Of a stretch of DNA of 64,000 bases, positions 62,615 through 64,000 are shown in pieces (positions within the stretch are counted from its first letter, which is position 1; each line of letters opens with the position of its first letter). The notes beneath the pieces were generated by a model that did no database searches, was not told where the DNA came from, and worked only from the letters and a program-made list of their open reading frames with translations. This DNA comes from Gemmatimonadota bacterium (GTDB lineage: Bacteria > Gemmatimonadota > Gemmatimonadetes > Gemmatimonadales > GWC2-71-9), in contig JBGQKD010000006.1 of NCBI GenBank assembly GCA_041499375.1, positions 43,582-107,581 of the forward strand, read 5' to 3'. The translations under genes and the position numbers were made by a program.

Positions 62615-64000
62615 GTGCTCGTCCTCGGCGGGTTGCTGCGACTACTCGCGGCAGTCTTCAGCGGCGGATTCCTCGCGAGCGACGATCACAACGTTGTGAT
62701 AACCGCCGCAGACCAGATCACGAGCGGCATCGGCCTGGGGCTGACCTACGCCCGCTCGGCGCTCTTCCCCGGCGTCATCGCCGGGATCATGACCGTGACG
62801 CGCGGCATCGGCATTCACGATCCCGGCGTCGAGATGCTGGTCGTCCGTCTGATGCAGGCCGCGTACTCCCTCCTCGCCGTCTACTTCGTGTATCGCTTGC
62901 TCGAGCGGTCGCTGGGGAGTGAGAGCGCGATGCTGGGCGGCCTGCTCGCGGCGGCATTCTTTGCGATGCCCGTCACCGCCGTGCACCAGCTCGAGGAGTC
63001 GGTGTGCATCGTGCCGTTGCTCGCAGCGTGCTGGTGGTGGCAGCGCGCCGAGGACCATCATCAGCCGCCGGCTGTTTGGGCCGCGCTTGCCGGTGCCGCG
63101 CTCGGCACGGCCCTGATCCTCCGCTTTCCTTTGATAGGATTCGTGCTCGCGTTCGTCGTGCTGGTCCTGGTGCGGCCGCGTCCCGTCACGGTCGGCGACA
63201 AGCTCGCGTTCCTGGGAGGGCTCGCGTTGGTGGTCGTCGTGCAGGGCTACAGCAACACAGTCGTGAATCACCAGTGGTGGTATTCGTTCATCCACCGGCT
63301 CGGCCCAATGCTGCGTCCCGAGCACATGGCCGTCGACGCCGAGGGATATCCGAGCAGCCCGCCGTGGCACTACGTGCTGACGCTGCTCGCCGCGCTGATT
63401 CCTCCTGTTTCGATCTTGCTGTTGGCGGCCGCGGTGAAGGGCGGCCGGCAGTTCCCGCTCCTCGGCATCGCGACGCTGGCGTTCTTCGTGACCCACAGTC
63501 TGATCGCGAACAAGCAGGAGCGGTTCCTGCTGCCCATTCTCCCAGGGTTGTTCATCCTGATCGTGGCCGGGCTGCCCTGGCTCGCCTCCCGCCTCGGTCC
63601 CCCCGCCTACCGCGGCATGTGGTGGTACTTCTGGAGCGTCAACACGGCGCTGCTGGTGATCGTGACGTTCAGCTTCTCGAAAAAAGATCGCGTCGAGCCG
63701 CTGCTGATCGTGTATCGCCGTCACGACGCGACGGGAGTGCTGGTCGCACAATACAATCAGACCTTCAGCGTGCCGGAGTACTACCTGGGTAAACCGCGCC
63801 CGGCTGTGGTTGTCGTGGAGCGAGGACAGGACGTGGACACCTCGGCGCGGGGATTACCGATCAACTACGTGATTGTCTACAGCGACACACCCGAGGCTGA
63901 CCGCGTCTTTCTTGTGGGCGCGTTGCACCGCAATCTCACATTGCTGACGGTGGTGCAGCCGAGTCTCACGGACCGGCTGGCGCATGCGATCAATCCGCGC
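62615..64000 (+). CDS. GT-C-fold polytopic glycosyltransferase (mannosyltransferase-like), partial; runs off the window end
   Basis: Not in the ORF track (no stop in the window). Hand translation from GTG 62615: VLVLGGLLRLLAAVFSGGFLASDDHNVVITAADQITSG...LVVRLMQAAYSLLAVYFVYRLL...NKQERFLLPILPGLFILIVAGL...; more than 9 TM helices and an early acidic DD motif. Tracked minus-strand ORF 62642..63751 is its shadow. Start codon uncertain. Confidence 0.68.
   Translation, partial: MLVLGGLLRLLAAVFSGGFLASDDHNVVITAADQITSGIGLGLTYARSALFPGVIAGIMTVTRGIGIHDPGVEMLVVRLMQAAYSLLAVYFVYRLLERSLGSESAMLGGLLAAAFFAMPVTAVHQLEESVCIVPLLAACWWWQRAEDHHQPPAVWAALAGAALGTALILRFPLIGFVLAFVVLVLVRPRPVTVGDKLAFLGGLALVVVVQGYSNTVVNHQWWYSFIHRLGPMLRPEHMAVDAEGYPSSPPWHYVLTLLAALIPPVSILLLAAAVKGGRQFPLLGIATLAFFVTHSLIANKQERFLLPILPGLFILIVAGLPWLASRLGPPAYRGMWWYFWSVNTALLVIVTFSFSKKDRVEPLLIVYRRHDATGVLVAQYNQTFSVPEYYLGKPRPAVVVVERGQDVDTSARGLPINYVIVYSDTPEADRVFLVGALHRNLTLLTVVQPSLTDRLAHAINPR

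Noticed and set aside
1-64000. Search by eye for rRNA, tRNA, CRISPR repeats, transposases, integrases, prophage genes, toxin-antitoxin pairs and known defense-system genes.
   Set aside because: None found. The largest non-coding gaps are 171, 116, 104 and 78 nt, too small or unstructured for such elements, and no repeat-spacer periodicity was seen. This was a visual scan only; tRNAscan-SE, Infernal and a defense-system finder would be decisive.

Overview
GC-rich (by eye, not computed), very gene-dense bacterial chromosome segment. The gene content (SusC/SusD pair, several CRTAC1/ASPIC-UnbV-VCBS proteins, many Tat-signal sugar enzymes, a sigma-54 two-component system with a DUF4390-like gene) suggests a soil Gemmatimonadota- or Acidobacteriota-like diderm; this is inference only. 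I support about 62 protein-coding genes. I saw no rRNA, tRNA, CRISPR array, transposase or integrase. Many long ORFs in the track are Arg/Ala/Pro-rich antisense or out-of-frame shadows of real genes. Several tracked ORFs are chimeras whose true starts lie at internal ATG/GTG codons that overlap the upstream stop (ATGA/GTGA). Layout: (1) 1-3.1 kb, membrane-protein cluster with a tandem DUF4386-like pair; (2) 3.2-9.5 kb, CRTAC1-like protein, Tat-PIG-L deacetylase, TIM-barrel enzyme and an ABC importer; (3) 9.5-16 kb, a nine-gene minus-strand chain headed by CRTAC1-like propeller, RnfD/NqrB-like membrane protein and heptaheme cytochrome c; (4) 16-19.3 kb, a 1102-aa double-propeller lipoprotein; (5) 19.3-32 kb, a SusC/SusD locus with YdjC-type deacetylase, LuxR-type regulator, GMC oxidoreductase plus Tat small subunit, Tat TIM-barrel enzyme, esterase and divergent GH20; (6) 32-37.2 kb, GH16, SGNH hydrolase, APC permease, EndoIII-like, GNAT, NTF2-like and YjbQ; (7) 37.2-42.3 kb, histidine kinase, sigma-54 response regulator, bactofilin-like/Omp85-like outer-membrane protein and a DUF4390-like protein; (8) 42.2-51.9 kb, PCYCGC-like, HNH, argH, argG, Gfo/Idh/MocA, DUF1080, argR, amidohydrolase and class A PBP; (9) 51.9-57.5 kb, tyrS, frameshifted DinB, membrane protein, class V aminotransferase, lone DppC-type permease and a patatin-ferredoxin fusion; (10) 57.5-64 kb, a glycosyltransferase cluster. 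Most interesting: the propeller/RnfD-like/multiheme operon; a small membrane ORF with an in-frame TGA followed by an fdhF-like SECIS hairpin; the kinase/regulator/bactofilin-OMP/DUF4390 module containing a G9-A-G8-A-G8 tract; sugar-oxidation genes wedged between argR and argGH next to an ARG-box-like site; and three irregular glycosyltransferase genes. All family assignments come from motif recognition by eye, with no database search.
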